Below are positions 10,183 through 20,324 of a DNA stretch of 64,000 nucleotides, piece after piece. The DNA comes from an uncultured Gemmatimonadaceae bacterium. GTDB lineage: Bacteria; Gemmatimonadota; Gemmatimonadetes; Gemmatimonadales; Gemmatimonadaceae. A program made the position numbers and the translations under genes. The notes below the pieces were generated by a model. That model was not told the origin of the DNA and made no database searches. It worked only from the letters and a program-made list of their open reading frames with translations. Position 1 is the stretch's first letter. The number at the start of each line of letters is the position of its first letter. Location of the stretch: contig CAWFQK010000002.1 in the NCBI GenBank assembly GCA_963817955.1, forward strand, positions 800,001 through 864,000, written 5' to 3'.

Positions 10183-10354
10183 GGTTTCAGATCCGTGATC
10201 TCGGGTGAAACGCCGGAGCGCAAGCATCGTGCAAACCGAGCCGCTGAATCCACCAGTTCGCTGAGCCGTAAGTGGGCAGAGTACTACCTGACCCTTGACC
10301 AGCCCCGAAAAGGGCCACAACGTGATGGCCCCCACCATTTCTCCGAGGACACCT

Positions 10355-11128
10355 ATGCCGCAGGCACCTGTTCTGGCACTGCTAGCGGCTGCCGTCCTGT
10401 CCATGGGTGGCCGCCCCGCGGGAGCGCAGGCTCCGGGTCAGCCTGCGCGACCGAGCGCCGCGCTCGTCGGTTGGATACGCGATTCGCTCGGCGCGCCGAT
10501 CGATCGCGCTGATATTGGTGTGGAATTGAACAATGTGTGGGCGCGTACCGATTCGACCGGCCGGTTCAGACTGGGCAACCTCGTGCCCGGGAAGACGACG
10601 ATCATTGTGCGGCGGTTCGGTTTTGAGCCGCAGCACTTCGACTTCGAGCTGCACGCGTCGAGTGAGGATAGCGTCGCCGTGACGATGAACGCCTACGCAC
10701 ATACGCTTCCGGGCGTACGCACGGAAGAGGCGGTCACGCGCCAGCAGCAGGCACTGCAAGATTTCGATCGCCGTCGCGCGCACGGTGGGGGCCTGTTCGT
10801 GACGCGCGCCGATATCGAGCGGCATCAAACGAGCGTGTTGAGCGAGACGGTCCGCGAACTGCCCGGCGTGCGAATCGTACGCGGGGGTCGTTCGCGCTCG
10901 GGATTGCGCTTCGATTCGTCGAACTCGCGAGCCCACGATTGTCCGCCGCTATACTGGCTCGACGGACGTCACGTCACCGGAGTCGACATCGACGACTTTC
11001 CCGCCTGGGACGTGGAAGCGATCGAACTGTACACCGGCCCAGCGTCTACCCCAGCGCAGTTCTCGCTAGGGAACGTCGTGACATGCGGGACCGTGGTGAT
11101 CTGGACCCGGGTGCCGGGGAAGCCGTAA
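10355..11128 (+). CDS. Carboxypeptidase-regulatory-like domain plus TonB-receptor plug-like domain protein (no beta-barrel)
   Basis: RBS GAGGA; GWIRDSLGAPI, ARTDSTGRF, VRRFGF, PLYWLDG, DVEAIELY, CGTVVIWTR. Confidence 0.8.
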   Translation: MPQAPVLALLAAAVLSMGGRPAGAQAPGQPARPSAALVGWIRDSLGAPIDRADIGVELNNVWARTDSTGRFRLGNLVPGKTTIIVRRFGFEPQHFDFELHASSEDSVAVTMNAYAHTLPGVRTEEAVTRQQQALQDFDRRRAHGGGLFVTRADIERHQTSVLSETVRELPGVRIVRGGRSRSGLRFDSSNSRAHDCPPLYWLDGRHVTGVDIDDFPAWDVEAIELYTGPASTPAQFSLGNVVTCGTVVIWTRVPGKP

Positions 11129-11132
11129 GGGG

Positions 11133-12627
11133 GGGACACGGGTGTGAGACACGGGACACGGGACACGGGACAGGGGAAACTCACAACGCACAACTCACAA
11201 CTGGACACTCGGAACTCGCCGACCGGCGGGCCGACCGCGACGGAGCAGCCAGCGACATCCCGCCGGTCAACACCTGGAGTCCAATCCGATCGCCCAGGTC
11301 CTTCGCTCAGGAGGACAGGCCGTCGCGGGTAGCGTAATCAGTGGTGAGTTGTCAGTGGTGAGTTGTCAGTTGTCAGTATACAGGTCATGCGCACCAGGGC
11401 GCCTGGCTCGCAGGCCACTATCGCCGGTCGGCGAGGTTCGGGTGTCCAGTTGTGAGTCGTGAGTTGTGAGTTGTAAAAACGGACCCCGCGCGACCACCCT
11501 GCACAATTCTATTTCGCTGTGAACGCGACGCCCGACTCAATGTCACCGAACCTTCGCGGAGGGCAATAGGGCTGCCCGATCAATTCCTTCCCTTTCGCTC
11601 GGAATTGTCGCATCACGATGCAGTCTGGCGAGGTGGACGTCTCGGAATGTGGGCGATTGGTAAGCGGAATGAAGCCACCGCGCCCGATCCTGGCCCGCCG
11701 CGGGTGGCCGTTACTCGGCCGCGGCCAAGAGTAACGCTGCCGCGCGCGGTTCCCGAACGCGCCGCGGCCTTGATCCGTCATGTCGCGCTATCGATCTGCG
11801 TACCGCGCTATCGGTCCGCCATGGCGCGCTATAGATCTGCGTGCCGCGCTGTCGATCCGCATGCCGCGCGCAGGCCGCAGAACTCCGCGAGATGAAGTCG
11901 GCGTACCGCGCGAGCGGCGGCCGTGCCAATCCAAGTCGGTGGGGTAGGCGCAAGGACAGCCGGTGTTGCCGCGCGCGCCGGTCGGATGCCGCCGAAATTT
12001 GAGCCGTACCGCGCATGGCCCCCCACGCGCAAACGCTGTCCCCCGGCGCCCCGCGCCGGATGCGACCACGCCGCGAGTTGCGTCCGGCGCTCCGCCGTCG
12101 GAGGCCAGAAGCCGCGGCGAGAGCACGTTGCGCCGCGCCCGGGAGCCTGACGCCACGGCCGGTCGGTGCACCGGGGATTGGCCCCCGGGTGTTGACCGGC
12201 GGGATGTCGCTGGCTGCTCCATAGCGTTCGGCCCACCGGTCGGCGAGTTCCGCGTTTCCAGTGATGAGTGATGCGTTGTTAAAAACTCACAACTCACGAC
12301 TCACAATTGGGCACCCGAACCTCGCCGACCGGCGATAGTGGCCTGCGAGCCAGGCACCCTGGTGCGCATGACCCGTATACTGACAACTCACAACTCACCA
12401 CTGACAACTCACCACTGATTACGCTGCCCGCGACGGCCTGTCCTCCTGAGCGAAGGACCTGGGAGATCGGATTGGACTCTGGGTATTGACCGACTGGATG
12501 TCGCTGGCTGCTCCGTACCGGTCGGCCCACCGGTCGGCGAGTTCCGAGTGTCCAGTTGTGAGTTGTGCGTTGTGAGTGTCCCGTGTCCCGTGTCCCGTGT
12601 CCCAGGACCGTGTCTCGTGTCCCAGGA
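11133..12627. mobile_element. Family B composite non-coding island: two inverted ~295-bp units (11178-11472 and 12284-12577) capped by GACACGG heptamers, plus a partial third unit at 12175-12278
   Basis: 12284-12577 is the near-identical reverse complement of 11178-11472; each unit has its own ~33-bp terminal IR with CACAACT heptamer tandems. Confidence 0.85.
11763..11870. repeat. Degenerate 20-21 bp tandem repeat (CGCGCTATCGATCYGCRTRC-like), about 5 units
   Basis: CGCGCT(A/G) recurs at 11784, 11804, 11825 and 11845, with degenerate units at 11763 and 11865. Confidence 0.75.
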
Positions 12628-12642
12628 CAGTTGCCCCACGAC

Positions 12643-12671
12643 AAAAAAAAGAGCCCGCCGAAGCGGGCTCT
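12643..12671 (-). terminator. Intrinsic terminator of the SusC/SusD operon
   Basis: agagcccgc-cgaa-gcgggctct hairpin with A8 tract on + strand. Confidence 0.9.
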
Positions 12672-12697
12672 CTTTATTCACAACCTACTAACGTCGA

Positions 12698-13546
12698 TCA
12701 CATCCCGGCGGGCAGCATCGGGAAGTTGTCCTGCATCCATTTCACACCGGCCGTGGTGTTCGCCGCGGCAAGACTGCCAGTGACTGACGGCGGGAAGATG
12801 AATGCCGTCAACATGCTACCGGCGATCGAGTAGCCGCCGAGTGCGCTCTGCGACACCGAGGCGGGCGTGGCGCCGATTGGCGCTAGAGCCGTCGCAGACA
12901 CCGTGGTGGAACCATTGGGAGTCGCCGCAAACGTCAGCGAGCCAGTGGCGAGGAGCTTGTACGCCGAGCTAGTGCCGTACGCAACACCCGTAAAGAGCGG
13001 TGAGCCAGTCGCGGTGGCGAGCGGGTACACGTCAGCGCTGGTGATGGTCGGCGCAGCGTTGATGGCACGCACGGCGATCTGCGTGCTCGACCCGGCAGCC
13101 GAGCGATCGTCTGTGAGGACGATCAGACCCTGCTTCGGCGACGCACCGGTGCGCGAGTAGCCGGCGTGGATGATGGTGTAGTACACGCCCGCCTGGAACG
13201 TGAGCGTCGTGTCGACGAACGTCTGCGAGACGACGGTGATATCCGCTTCGTTTGCCGTGCCCGCGTCAACACGCGGATCCACGGAGAAGATGCGAATGTG
13301 ACGCGCACCAGCGGCAACTGGCTGATACGCCGAGATGTCACGGAAGGCGAGTTGGCCAAAGTACGGGGAGCCGGCCACCTGATCGACGAACCTGAAGTCC
13401 GTCTTGTTCGTGTCCGGAATGGCATTGATATAGCGGACGGAGGCAACCGCTCCGGGGCTGATCGTTGTCGGACCAGTATCGCCGCTTGTGCACGCCGCCA
13501 ATACCGAGCCGGCGACGGCCAGCAACGCGAGTCGCTGCAGTTTCAT
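12698..13546 (-). CDS. DUF4397-like domain lipoprotein
   Basis: RBS GGAG; lipobox LAAC; two repeats VRYINAIPD and VRAINAAP; YYTII. Confidence 0.8.
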   Translation of the reverse strand: MKLQRLALLAVAGSVLAACTSGDTGPTTISPGAVASVRYINAIPDTNKTDFRFVDQVAGSPYFGQLAFRDISAYQPVAAGARHIRIFSVDPRVDAGTANEADITVVSQTFVDTTLTFQAGVYYTIIHAGYSRTGASPKQGLIVLTDDRSAAGSSTQIAVRAINAAPTITSADVYPLATATGSPLFTGVAYGTSSAYKLLATGSLTFAATPNGSTTVSATALAPIGATPASVSQSALGGYSIAGSMLTAFIFPPSVTGSLAAANTTAGVKWMQDNFPMLPAGM

Positions 13547-13594
13547 ACTAGTGAACTCCACGAGAGAGTGATTCGAGAAGCGTAAAGACGTTTA

Positions 13595-14074
13595 TCACCA
13601 CGGCACCTTCGAGGTGGCGCCAATAGGAGTGCGTGACGTATCCGACGTCTGCTCTGTTGCACTACCGGTGAGCGTCCGAGTCAGCACGAACGCCGTGACA
13701 CCGGCGATCACTACTCCGGCAAACAACGCGGTCTTTCCGCGCGAGAACTGGCGTTGGCGCGAAGTCGCCACGTCGTTCACCGGAATGCTGACTCGTTCAC
13801 CTCCCCAGTAAGCCGTGCCACCACGGATCGTGGTGACCTGGCTGACGCCGAGGACGTACTGATCATTCGTGACCTGTTGCAGCGTTCCTTCGATCGTCAG
13901 GACGCCCGGGCCGAGCTGGTTACCCAGCGCTGCCCGGCCGGCATCGGTCAGATCCAACTCTACCGTCTGCCCGACCTCGGGGCGCGCTTCCGCAATCGGC
14001 TGATACGTGTAACAGCCAACCTGCAGCAGCATTAACGCCCCCAGAACCGCACCCGACGACCGACGCTGATTCAT
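13595..14074 (-). CDS. Hypothetical lipoprotein/membrane protein
   Basis: Start overlaps the SusD stop (TGATG); QVGCYTYQP, C-terminal hydrophobic helix. Confidence 0.75.
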   Translation of the reverse strand: MNQRRSSGAVLGALMLLQVGCYTYQPIAEARPEVGQTVELDLTDAGRAALGNQLGPGVLTIEGTLQQVTNDQYVLGVSQVTTIRGGTAYWGGERVSIPVNDVATSRQRQFSRGKTALFAGVVIAGVTAFVLTRTLTGSATEQTSDTSRTPIGATSKVPW

Positions 14075-15744
14075 CAGAATCCGTACGTGCCCTTTGCTGC
14101 GGCAGACTGCCCGCCGACGCCACCGAGGTTGTAGAAAGCCTGGGCACGCGTATCCATTTCCTGATACGGTACCGGCCACTCGAGCGCCGTGCCTTCCGCC
14201 AGGTCACCCCAGCCGCGGGCATCGAAGTACCACTGCGCGTAACCGGTGTACGCCGTCTCCATTCGCTTCTCCCACTTCATCGTCTCCATGATGGCACCGC
14301 ACACGGTGACGTTCCCAGCGCTCGTCGGAACGCGCGGCACACACGCACTACCAGTGTTGCCACCGTCCGCCTGGGCGAGGACTGCAGGCAAGCCTGCCTT
14401 CTGGCGAGACTTGTTGATCAGCGCCGCGGCGGTAGCGAAATCACCCTTTCGGATGGAGCCCTCGGCCGCGAGCATGTCGTTCTCCACCTTGGAGAACTCG
14501 ATCCACGGACCGACGCCGTTGTTGTCGTAAATCGCTTTGAAGCGGAAGAAATCGTAGTACGACGATCCCCACGGGTCACCCGGCGGGTCTGCGCTCGTAC
14601 GGTTCCGCATGTACGGGTACGCCGTGTAAGTCCAGGTCGACGGCGAGGCCGCCTGCTGAGCAGTACGCGTTTCGCCGCTTGGGAAGCGCTTGTCCGGCGT
14701 CTTGATGAGGAACATGGGACGAGCCCCGAGCGGCTGCGCCACCCAGTTTGTGTAGCCGCCCGATGTGTCGGCCATGCCGAAGATCATCGGCGTTATCTCG
14801 CTCCATCCCGAGGCGTTCGACGCAAACATCTGCGAGCCGAGCCAGCTCAGCGACCAGCCGGCCGAGCTGTTGATCGTCACCGCGAGATCCGTCTGGATGC
14901 CGGCGGTCGCGTCGGCGATCACTGAGGTCCAATCCACCGCGGCGCGTTCGGCAGGCGTGCGCGCCACCCCGGCGCGGAAACGCGCCTTGAACGAATGAAT
15001 CAGCGCGACGAACTGCGCCTGGCTGTACGTGCCGCTCGCCAGATTGATGTAATTGGCCGGGAGCGGGAAGCCCGCGGTCGCCTTGGCGTCCGAGGCGAGC
15101 GCGAGCGCCGTGTCCAACGACGCGAGCGCTGCCTTCATGACGTCTCCGTGTGCGCTCAGCAGCGGAATTGCGTCACCCGGCGTGGCCGGCGTGGTGATCG
15201 CGGCTGAGTCGTACGTCATCGCAAGGTAGCCAAGCGAAAGGCCGTTCTCGAAGAATGCGAACGAGCGTGCGCGCTGGTCCTGCGCCGGAAGCAGCGTTGC
15301 GTCGGAAATGTTGCCGGTGGGGCTGCCAAGGTGGAGGCCCGCACCAGTCAGCTTGTCCAGCGCCTGTACGTAGTTTGCCGAGTACCGCGCCTGCTGCGCC
15401 ATCTTGCTGAAGTCGCGGTTGTCTTCGGCATAGGTGAAGTTGTTGCGGCTGTTGTCAACGAACCCGCGTGGCAGCGCCTCGCGGAGCGCCATGCCGAAGT
15501 TCGCCACCGTGGCGTAGTTCTCGAAAGCGACTGCTTGGAGCTGCGGATCCAGGGCCGACGAGGTTCCAAACAGACCCCCGTGGATCTGTGCGAAGCCTGT
15601 CGCGATCAGCTGATCCAGCACGGCCGGCGTGGAATAGGAGCGCGCGATGTCCGGAGAGTTGTTGTTCGGAACATTGAGCGAATCCTTGCACGCGGTCGAT
15701 GCTAGCGCAGCTGCGCAAGCAAGCCCGGTTACCAACTTTCTCAT
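14074..15744 (-). CDS. RagB/SusD-like nutrient uptake outer-membrane lipoprotein
   Basis: RBS AGAGGA; lipobox STAC; ENDMLAAEG..AAALINKSRQKAGL; WEKRME..YFDARGWG; WPVPYQE; follows SusC. Confidence 0.88.
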   Translation of the reverse strand: MRKLVTGLACAAALASTACKDSLNVPNNNSPDIARSYSTPAVLDQLIATGFAQIHGGLFGTSSALDPQLQAVAFENYATVANFGMALREALPRGFVDNSRNNFTYAEDNRDFSKMAQQARYSANYVQALDKLTGAGLHLGSPTGNISDATLLPAQDQRARSFAFFENGLSLGYLAMTYDSAAITTPATPGDAIPLLSAHGDVMKAALASLDTALALASDAKATAGFPLPANYINLASGTYSQAQFVALIHSFKARFRAGVARTPAERAAVDWTSVIADATAGIQTDLAVTINSSAGWSLSWLGSQMFASNASGWSEITPMIFGMADTSGGYTNWVAQPLGARPMFLIKTPDKRFPSGETRTAQQAASPSTWTYTAYPYMRNRTSADPPGDPWGSSYYDFFRFKAIYDNNGVGPWIEFSKVENDMLAAEGSIRKGDFATAAALINKSRQKAGLPAVLAQADGGNTGSACVPRVPTSAGNVTVCGAIMETMKWEKRMETAYTGYAQWYFDARGWGDLAEGTALEWPVPYQEMDTRAQAFYNLGGVGGQSAAAKGTYGF

Positions 15745-15826
15745 GTGATTTCCTCTGCTATGAGATCCCGGTCGTCGTGCCGGATCTCGATGACTCGAGA
15801 GTCCGGCCCGCGCGACTAGGGGATGG

Positions 15827-18800
15827 TTAGAACTTGCTGGACAGGGAGACTGTGAACTGGCGCATCGGTGGGAAGGTGTAGGCATCGAGGGCATTCACGA
15901 TGGCCGAGCCGCTCGTGCCACCCCCATACCCAACTTCCGGATCAAAGCCTGTGTACTTGGTCCAAGTTTTCAGGTTGCGACCGACGAGCGAGACCGACCA
16001 GTCACCCGTGTGGCGAACCGGGCCGATGTTGTACGACAGATTGAGCTCGCGAAGCTTGACGAAGCTCGCATCCTCAACCGTGTTGTTGTTCGGGCCGAGG
16101 ACGTCATACAGACCACCGATGCCCGAGTTCTCCTGCGGGCCCGTGCGCCAGTAATAGCCGATTGGCTTTGCGTCTGCGAGGCCTTTGCCGGCCATATCGG
16201 TCTCGGCGAGTTGGAAGTCGCCCAGCGACCACTGACGGCCCATGTTCCACACGTGCCGGCCGAAATTGCCATCGAACAAGCCGTACAAGAAGAGTCTCTT
16301 GTAGTTGAAGGTCTGCGTGTTCGACAAGCGGAAGTTCGGCAACGCGTTCCCGAGCAGGATGTGGGTGTTCGCGGAACCGCTCGAATCACGGATCGTGATC
16401 GGCGTGCCCCAGTTGACCGACGTCCCCCACGGGGCGTTGACCGTGCCGCCCTTGGCCTTGCAGTTCACGTCGCCCTGCGTCGAGACTGCAGCGCCGCCCA
16501 CCAGACAGGAAACCAGGCCGCTCTGCCAAAGATTGCTCGTGATGCCTTGGTCCAAGCTCTTGCCGCCCGTCCAGACGATGAAACCATCGTTGTTCTTCTG
16601 GAACTGCGACCCCGAACCGCCGCACTGCGCCGCAAAAGCCGCCGGGAGATCGCCGCAGCTCTTGGCAAACGCGCGTCCGTAGAAGTTGCCGTACCGCTCG
16701 CCTTGCGCCGCATAGAAGATGTTGCCGGCGTTCTGATAGCTCGTTCCGTACGGGAACGGAGGCATGTTCAGCTGCGTGATGACGGAGCGGTTGCGGTCGT
16801 AGTTGAAGCGCATCGACCAGCTGCCGTTGCGCGCACTCAACACCGGAATATTCAAGGACGCTTCCAACGTCTTGTTCTGCAACGTGCCCGCATTCTGCCA
16901 TTGGGTAGAGAAGCCCGTGGCTGCCGGCGGCGGAACCGGAAGGATCTGATCCTTCGCATTCGACACCGCGTAATTCACGGTGAGACCATAGCGGTTCAGC
17001 ACTTCGATATCGGTCCCGAGCTCGGTCTCTCCCACCGTTTCCGGCCGGAGGTTCTTGTTGCCGAGTTGGTTGGCCGACAGTGCGCCACCAGAGCCGATCG
17101 AGAATGTCTCGTACTGGGCAGAGAACGACGGACGACCGCCGGCCGTTCCGTACGACGCGCGCAGCTTGAACTGATCGATTGCGCCGAATAACCACCAGGG
17201 CTCCTCCGACACGATCCACGCCGCAGACTCGCGGGTGTAGTTCGCCCAGCGGTTGTCCGAGCCAAACAGGGAGCTGCCGTCGCGGCGCACCAAGCCACTC
17301 AGGATGTAGCGATCCTTGTACTCGAGATTGAGCTCGCTCATCATGCCGATGGAGCGAACTGACGAGGTGCTCGAGCTGATACCGATCGTCGTGTTATCGG
17401 AGACCGCGTTCAGCGTAACGAGACCCGGCGCGGCCAGTGCGCCACCACCCGCACCCGTGCTCCAACCGTCCTGCTGCTCATAGATGTAGCGGCCGGTGAG
17501 ACGGGTGGTCAGGCTGCCGAACTGGTGGTTCGCCATACCGGTCAGATCACCGTTGTACGCCGAGGTCAGATTTTGGCTGTTGGAGATGTATCCGTTGTTC
17601 GTGCCCGAATTCACGGCCGTCGTCCGGTAGCCCTTGTCATACTGATACAAGTAGAGATTCTGGGCGCGGTCGAAGCTCACGTTCCCTTCGAGGCTGCCCC
17701 ACGACACGGGCGACCACTTCGTGGTAAAGTCACTCAGGATACGACTGTTGTTGTTGCGGCTGATCTCGTTCGCCGCCAAGTACATTGGATTGGAGTTCTG
17801 GGCGCCTTGCGCCAAGGGGTTCGATCGAATGTACTGAAGACCCGATACCGGGTCCTTGCCGAGCAGGTTCACACCGGCCGGCGACCGCGTGATGGTGAAG
17901 AATACCCCGCCGCCGTCCTGTTCCGCCGCGCCGTTGTCCACCGACGCCGCGTAGTAGGTGCGAAGACCGAACGACCAATCGCTTCCGACGCTCTGGTCGA
18001 GATTCACCCGGACTGAATTCCGCTTGTAGCCGTCCATGAAACGGATGGCGTTCTGCTGCGACATGTTGTTGAAGCTGGCGAAGAAGTTCGTGCCGCCAAC
18101 GCGGCCCGACGCATCCACCGTGTTGTTCAGACTCGGCGCGCTCGTCGTCGCCTGGGCGATGGGATCGTACGTCGTCGGCCAGGTCTGGTTCGAGTAGAGG
18201 CCACGCAGCAGCACCTTGGTCGCCGCCGACGAGACACCGAAGTCGCGAGCGAAGTTCGCCGGCGACAATGCAAAGACGCCGCCGAGTTCATTCACCCGCT
18301 TGGTTTCGAGGCCAAAGTTGATCGCGATCTGACAGGTGGCGACGAGGCCGGTGCCGCCCTGATTGACGCAGAAGTTCTGGCCGTCCGGCGTCATCGTCAT
18401 GAACTGATCCTGGGCGTACGGATAGCCATGCTCGATGTTGCCGGCACCGGATTCGACCCGCGCGCTGAAATGGATGCCGTCGCCCGCGTTCTTGCCGTTC
18501 TTCGTCGTGATCTGGATGACGCCATTGCCGGCGCGCGATCCGTACAGCGACGAGGCAGCGGCACCCTTGACGATTTCGACGCTCTCGATGTCCTGCGGGT
18601 TGATGTCAGGCAGGGAGCCGACGATCTCGATGCCGTCGACGATGTACAGTGGGTTCTGGCTGCGGCCCGACGCATTGATCGACTGCGGTCCGCGAAGCAG
18701 AACCGCTGGCGAAGCGCCAGGACGGCCGCTCGTCTGCGCGATCGTGGCCCCAGGCACCTTACCCTGAATGGCCTGAAGCGGATCGGAGCCTGGAACCGGC

Positions 18801-19237
18801 ATGTCCTTGTCGTCCATGTGCGCCACCGTGAAGGGCAGCTTCTTCTGCTCCGTTCCCGCGCTCACGCCTGTGACGACGATTGCCTCCAGGCGGTTCACGT
18901 CCTGCTTGAGGACGAAGTCCGCCGTTTGCGATCCGGCGTGAACGGTGATCGGCTTCGTCTGCGGAACGAAACCGAACGACCGCGAACGCAGCACGACCTG
19001 CTGGCCGGTCACGCGAGCCGCCGGAATGGTGATGGTGTACACGCCTTGGGCGTTCGAACCAACCGAGATGTTCATCTCGGTGATGTAGATGTTCGCGCCC
19101 TCAAGGGGCTGGCCGAAATCCGATGTCACCTTACCGGTGATCACCGCATTCTGCGCCTGGGCTCGTGCCGTAGGCACGGAAAGCAATACGCCGAGCATTG
19201 CGCCGGCTATCGCTCGAGCACGGGTCATAATGGTCAT
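15827..19237 (-). CDS. SusC/RagA family TonB-linked outer-membrane transporter
   Basis: ITGKVT..GQPLEGANI, IQGKVPG, NPLYIVDG, DINPQDIESVEIVKGAAASSLYGSRAGNGVIQITTK, LKTWTKYTGFDPEV, terminal F. Confidence 0.95.
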   Translation of the reverse strand: MTIMTRARAIAGAMLGVLLSVPTARAQAQNAVITGKVTSDFGQPLEGANIYITEMNISVGSNAQGVYTITIPAARVTGQQVVLRSRSFGFVPQTKPITVHAGSQTADFVLKQDVNRLEAIVVTGVSAGTEQKKLPFTVAHMDDKDMPVPGSDPLQAIQGKVPGATIAQTSGRPGASPAVLLRGPQSINASGRSQNPLYIVDGIEIVGSLPDINPQDIESVEIVKGAAASSLYGSRAGNGVIQITTKNGKNAGDGIHFSARVESGAGNIEHGYPYAQDQFMTMTPDGQNFCVNQGGTGLVATCQIAINFGLETKRVNELGGVFALSPANFARDFGVSSAATKVLLRGLYSNQTWPTTYDPIAQATTSAPSLNNTVDASGRVGGTNFFASFNNMSQQNAIRFMDGYKRNSVRVNLDQSVGSDWSFGLRTYYAASVDNGAAEQDGGGVFFTITRSPAGVNLLGKDPVSGLQYIRSNPLAQGAQNSNPMYLAANEISRNNNSRILSDFTTKWSPVSWGSLEGNVSFDRAQNLYLYQYDKGYRTTAVNSGTNNGYISNSQNLTSAYNGDLTGMANHQFGSLTTRLTGRYIYEQQDGWSTGAGGGALAAPGLVTLNAVSDNTTIGISSSTSSVRSIGMMSELNLEYKDRYILSGLVRRDGSSLFGSDNRWANYTRESAAWIVSEEPWWLFGAIDQFKLRASYGTAGGRPSFSAQYETFSIGSGGALSANQLGNKNLRPETVGETELGTDIEVLNRYGLTVNYAVSNAKDQILPVPPPAATGFSTQWQNAGTLQNKTLEASLNIPVLSARNGSWSMRFNYDRNRSVITQLNMPPFPYGTSYQNAGNIFYAAQGERYGNFYGRAFAKSCGDLPAAFAAQCGGSGSQFQKNNDGFIVWTGGKSLDQGITSNLWQSGLVSCLVGGAAVSTQGDVNCKAKGGTVNAPWGTSVNWGTPITIRDSSGSANTHILLGNALPNFRLSNTQTFNYKRLFLYGLFDGNFGRHVWNMGRQWSLGDFQLAETDMAGKGLADAKPIGYYWRTGPQENSGIGGLYDVLGPNNNTVEDASFVKLRELNLSYNIGPVRHTGDWSVSLVGRNLKTWTKYTGFDPEVGYGGGTSGSAIVNALDAYTFPPMRQFTVSLSSKF

Positions 19238-19763
19238 CTCGCTCTCTGAAGATGAAAAATGAAGCCTCACTGACCTTCACCTGCCACACGCGTACGACTG
19301 CACCTGCAACCTTCAATTCCAAACAACTGACGTGCTCGTACTACATCGGGTCACGAATGAGCTGCCACACTTTCGGCAGCGCGCCAGCCGACGCGCTGTC
19401 ACACCGCTCAGTGTGGGCGCATCGGCGAAAAAGAACAGGAGATTGTGAACAGACATCGCCCCTGGGGGTTTGGGGCATGCGCAAGAAACCTTCAGCACGG
19501 AGGAACGACCATTCAGGGGATACGTGCGTCTAACTCACGATACGTGATGAACGGTCACATTTGGGACGATCGGCCGGCCCCTGGATGGTTCGAGCCGGAA
19601 TAGGGGGTCCGGAGAACGTAGGTCATGGAACGGCGCGGTGCAAGAGCGCCGGCCCTGTCTGCCCGTGTCGCTTGCGCCGGTTCCCGCCCTCGCCCAGCTT
19701 GACCGTCGGTCTGGATGCCGCTCCAGAGCGCATTCGTATGCGCGCTCGCTCATTGGAAACCAA

Positions 19764-20207
19764 ATGACTCAGCACGACGTTCGGCGCCTCGCACTCCTCG
19801 CACTCCTCTCCGCCATCGGCGGTCCGGGAGCGTGCGCCAGCGCTGGCGCAGCCGCATCGTCCGCGTCGTCCCCGCGCCATGGCGATCGCTCCATGATCAC
19901 CGCCGAGCAGATGCGGGACTTGCCGGTGTCCAGCCTGTACGACGTGGTGCAACGTCTCCACCCGGAATGGTTCACGCAACGCCAGGCAGCCAAGGTCGCC
20001 AAGGCCCCGGGTGCATCAACGAGCGACAACAGCATTCAGGTCTACCTGGGCAGGCAGCACGTGGGGAATACCGACGTGCTCAAGCAAATGTCGCCGAATG
20101 GCACCGCGTCATTGAAGTACTACTCGGCATCTGAAGCGCAGGGCCGATTCGGCAACGGCAATCTGAATGGCGCAATCCAGGTGCTCATGGTTGGCGCGAA
20201 ACCGTAA
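19764..20207 (+). CDS. Small lipoprotein resembling a stand-alone TonB-receptor plug domain
   Basis: GAC lipobox, ITAEQM..SLYDVVQRLHPEWF, YYSASEAQGRFG..GAIQV. Confidence 0.7.
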   Translation: MTQHDVRRLALLALLSAIGGPGACASAGAAASSASSPRHGDRSMITAEQMRDLPVSSLYDVVQRLHPEWFTQRQAAKVAKAPGASTSDNSIQVYLGRQHVGNTDVLKQMSPNGTASLKYYSASEAQGRFGNGNLNGAIQVLMVGAKP

Positions 20208-20273
20208 CCGGCGCCACCGTTAGATGGATACGCACGCTTCCCACGGGGGCGTGCGTTTCTTGTGTTGGGATGC

Positions 20274-20302
20274 AAAAGGGCCGGCGCAGTGCCGGCCCTT
20301 TT
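20274..20302. terminator. Bidirectional intrinsic terminator
   Basis: aaaagggccggc-gcagt-gccggccctttt between convergent genes. Confidence 0.9.
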
Positions 20303-20324
20303 CACCTTGCCCATACCAGTTCGC

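Noticed and set aside
11509..12297. ORFs inside the family B island as a transposase or cargo gene
   Set aside because: Short, Arg/Pro-rich, overlapping in several frames, with no DDE, HUH or recombinase motif.
19240..19760. Riboswitch upstream of susC
   Set aside because: Some hairpins, but no cobalamin, TPP or other motif that I could recognise; an Rfam search would be needed.
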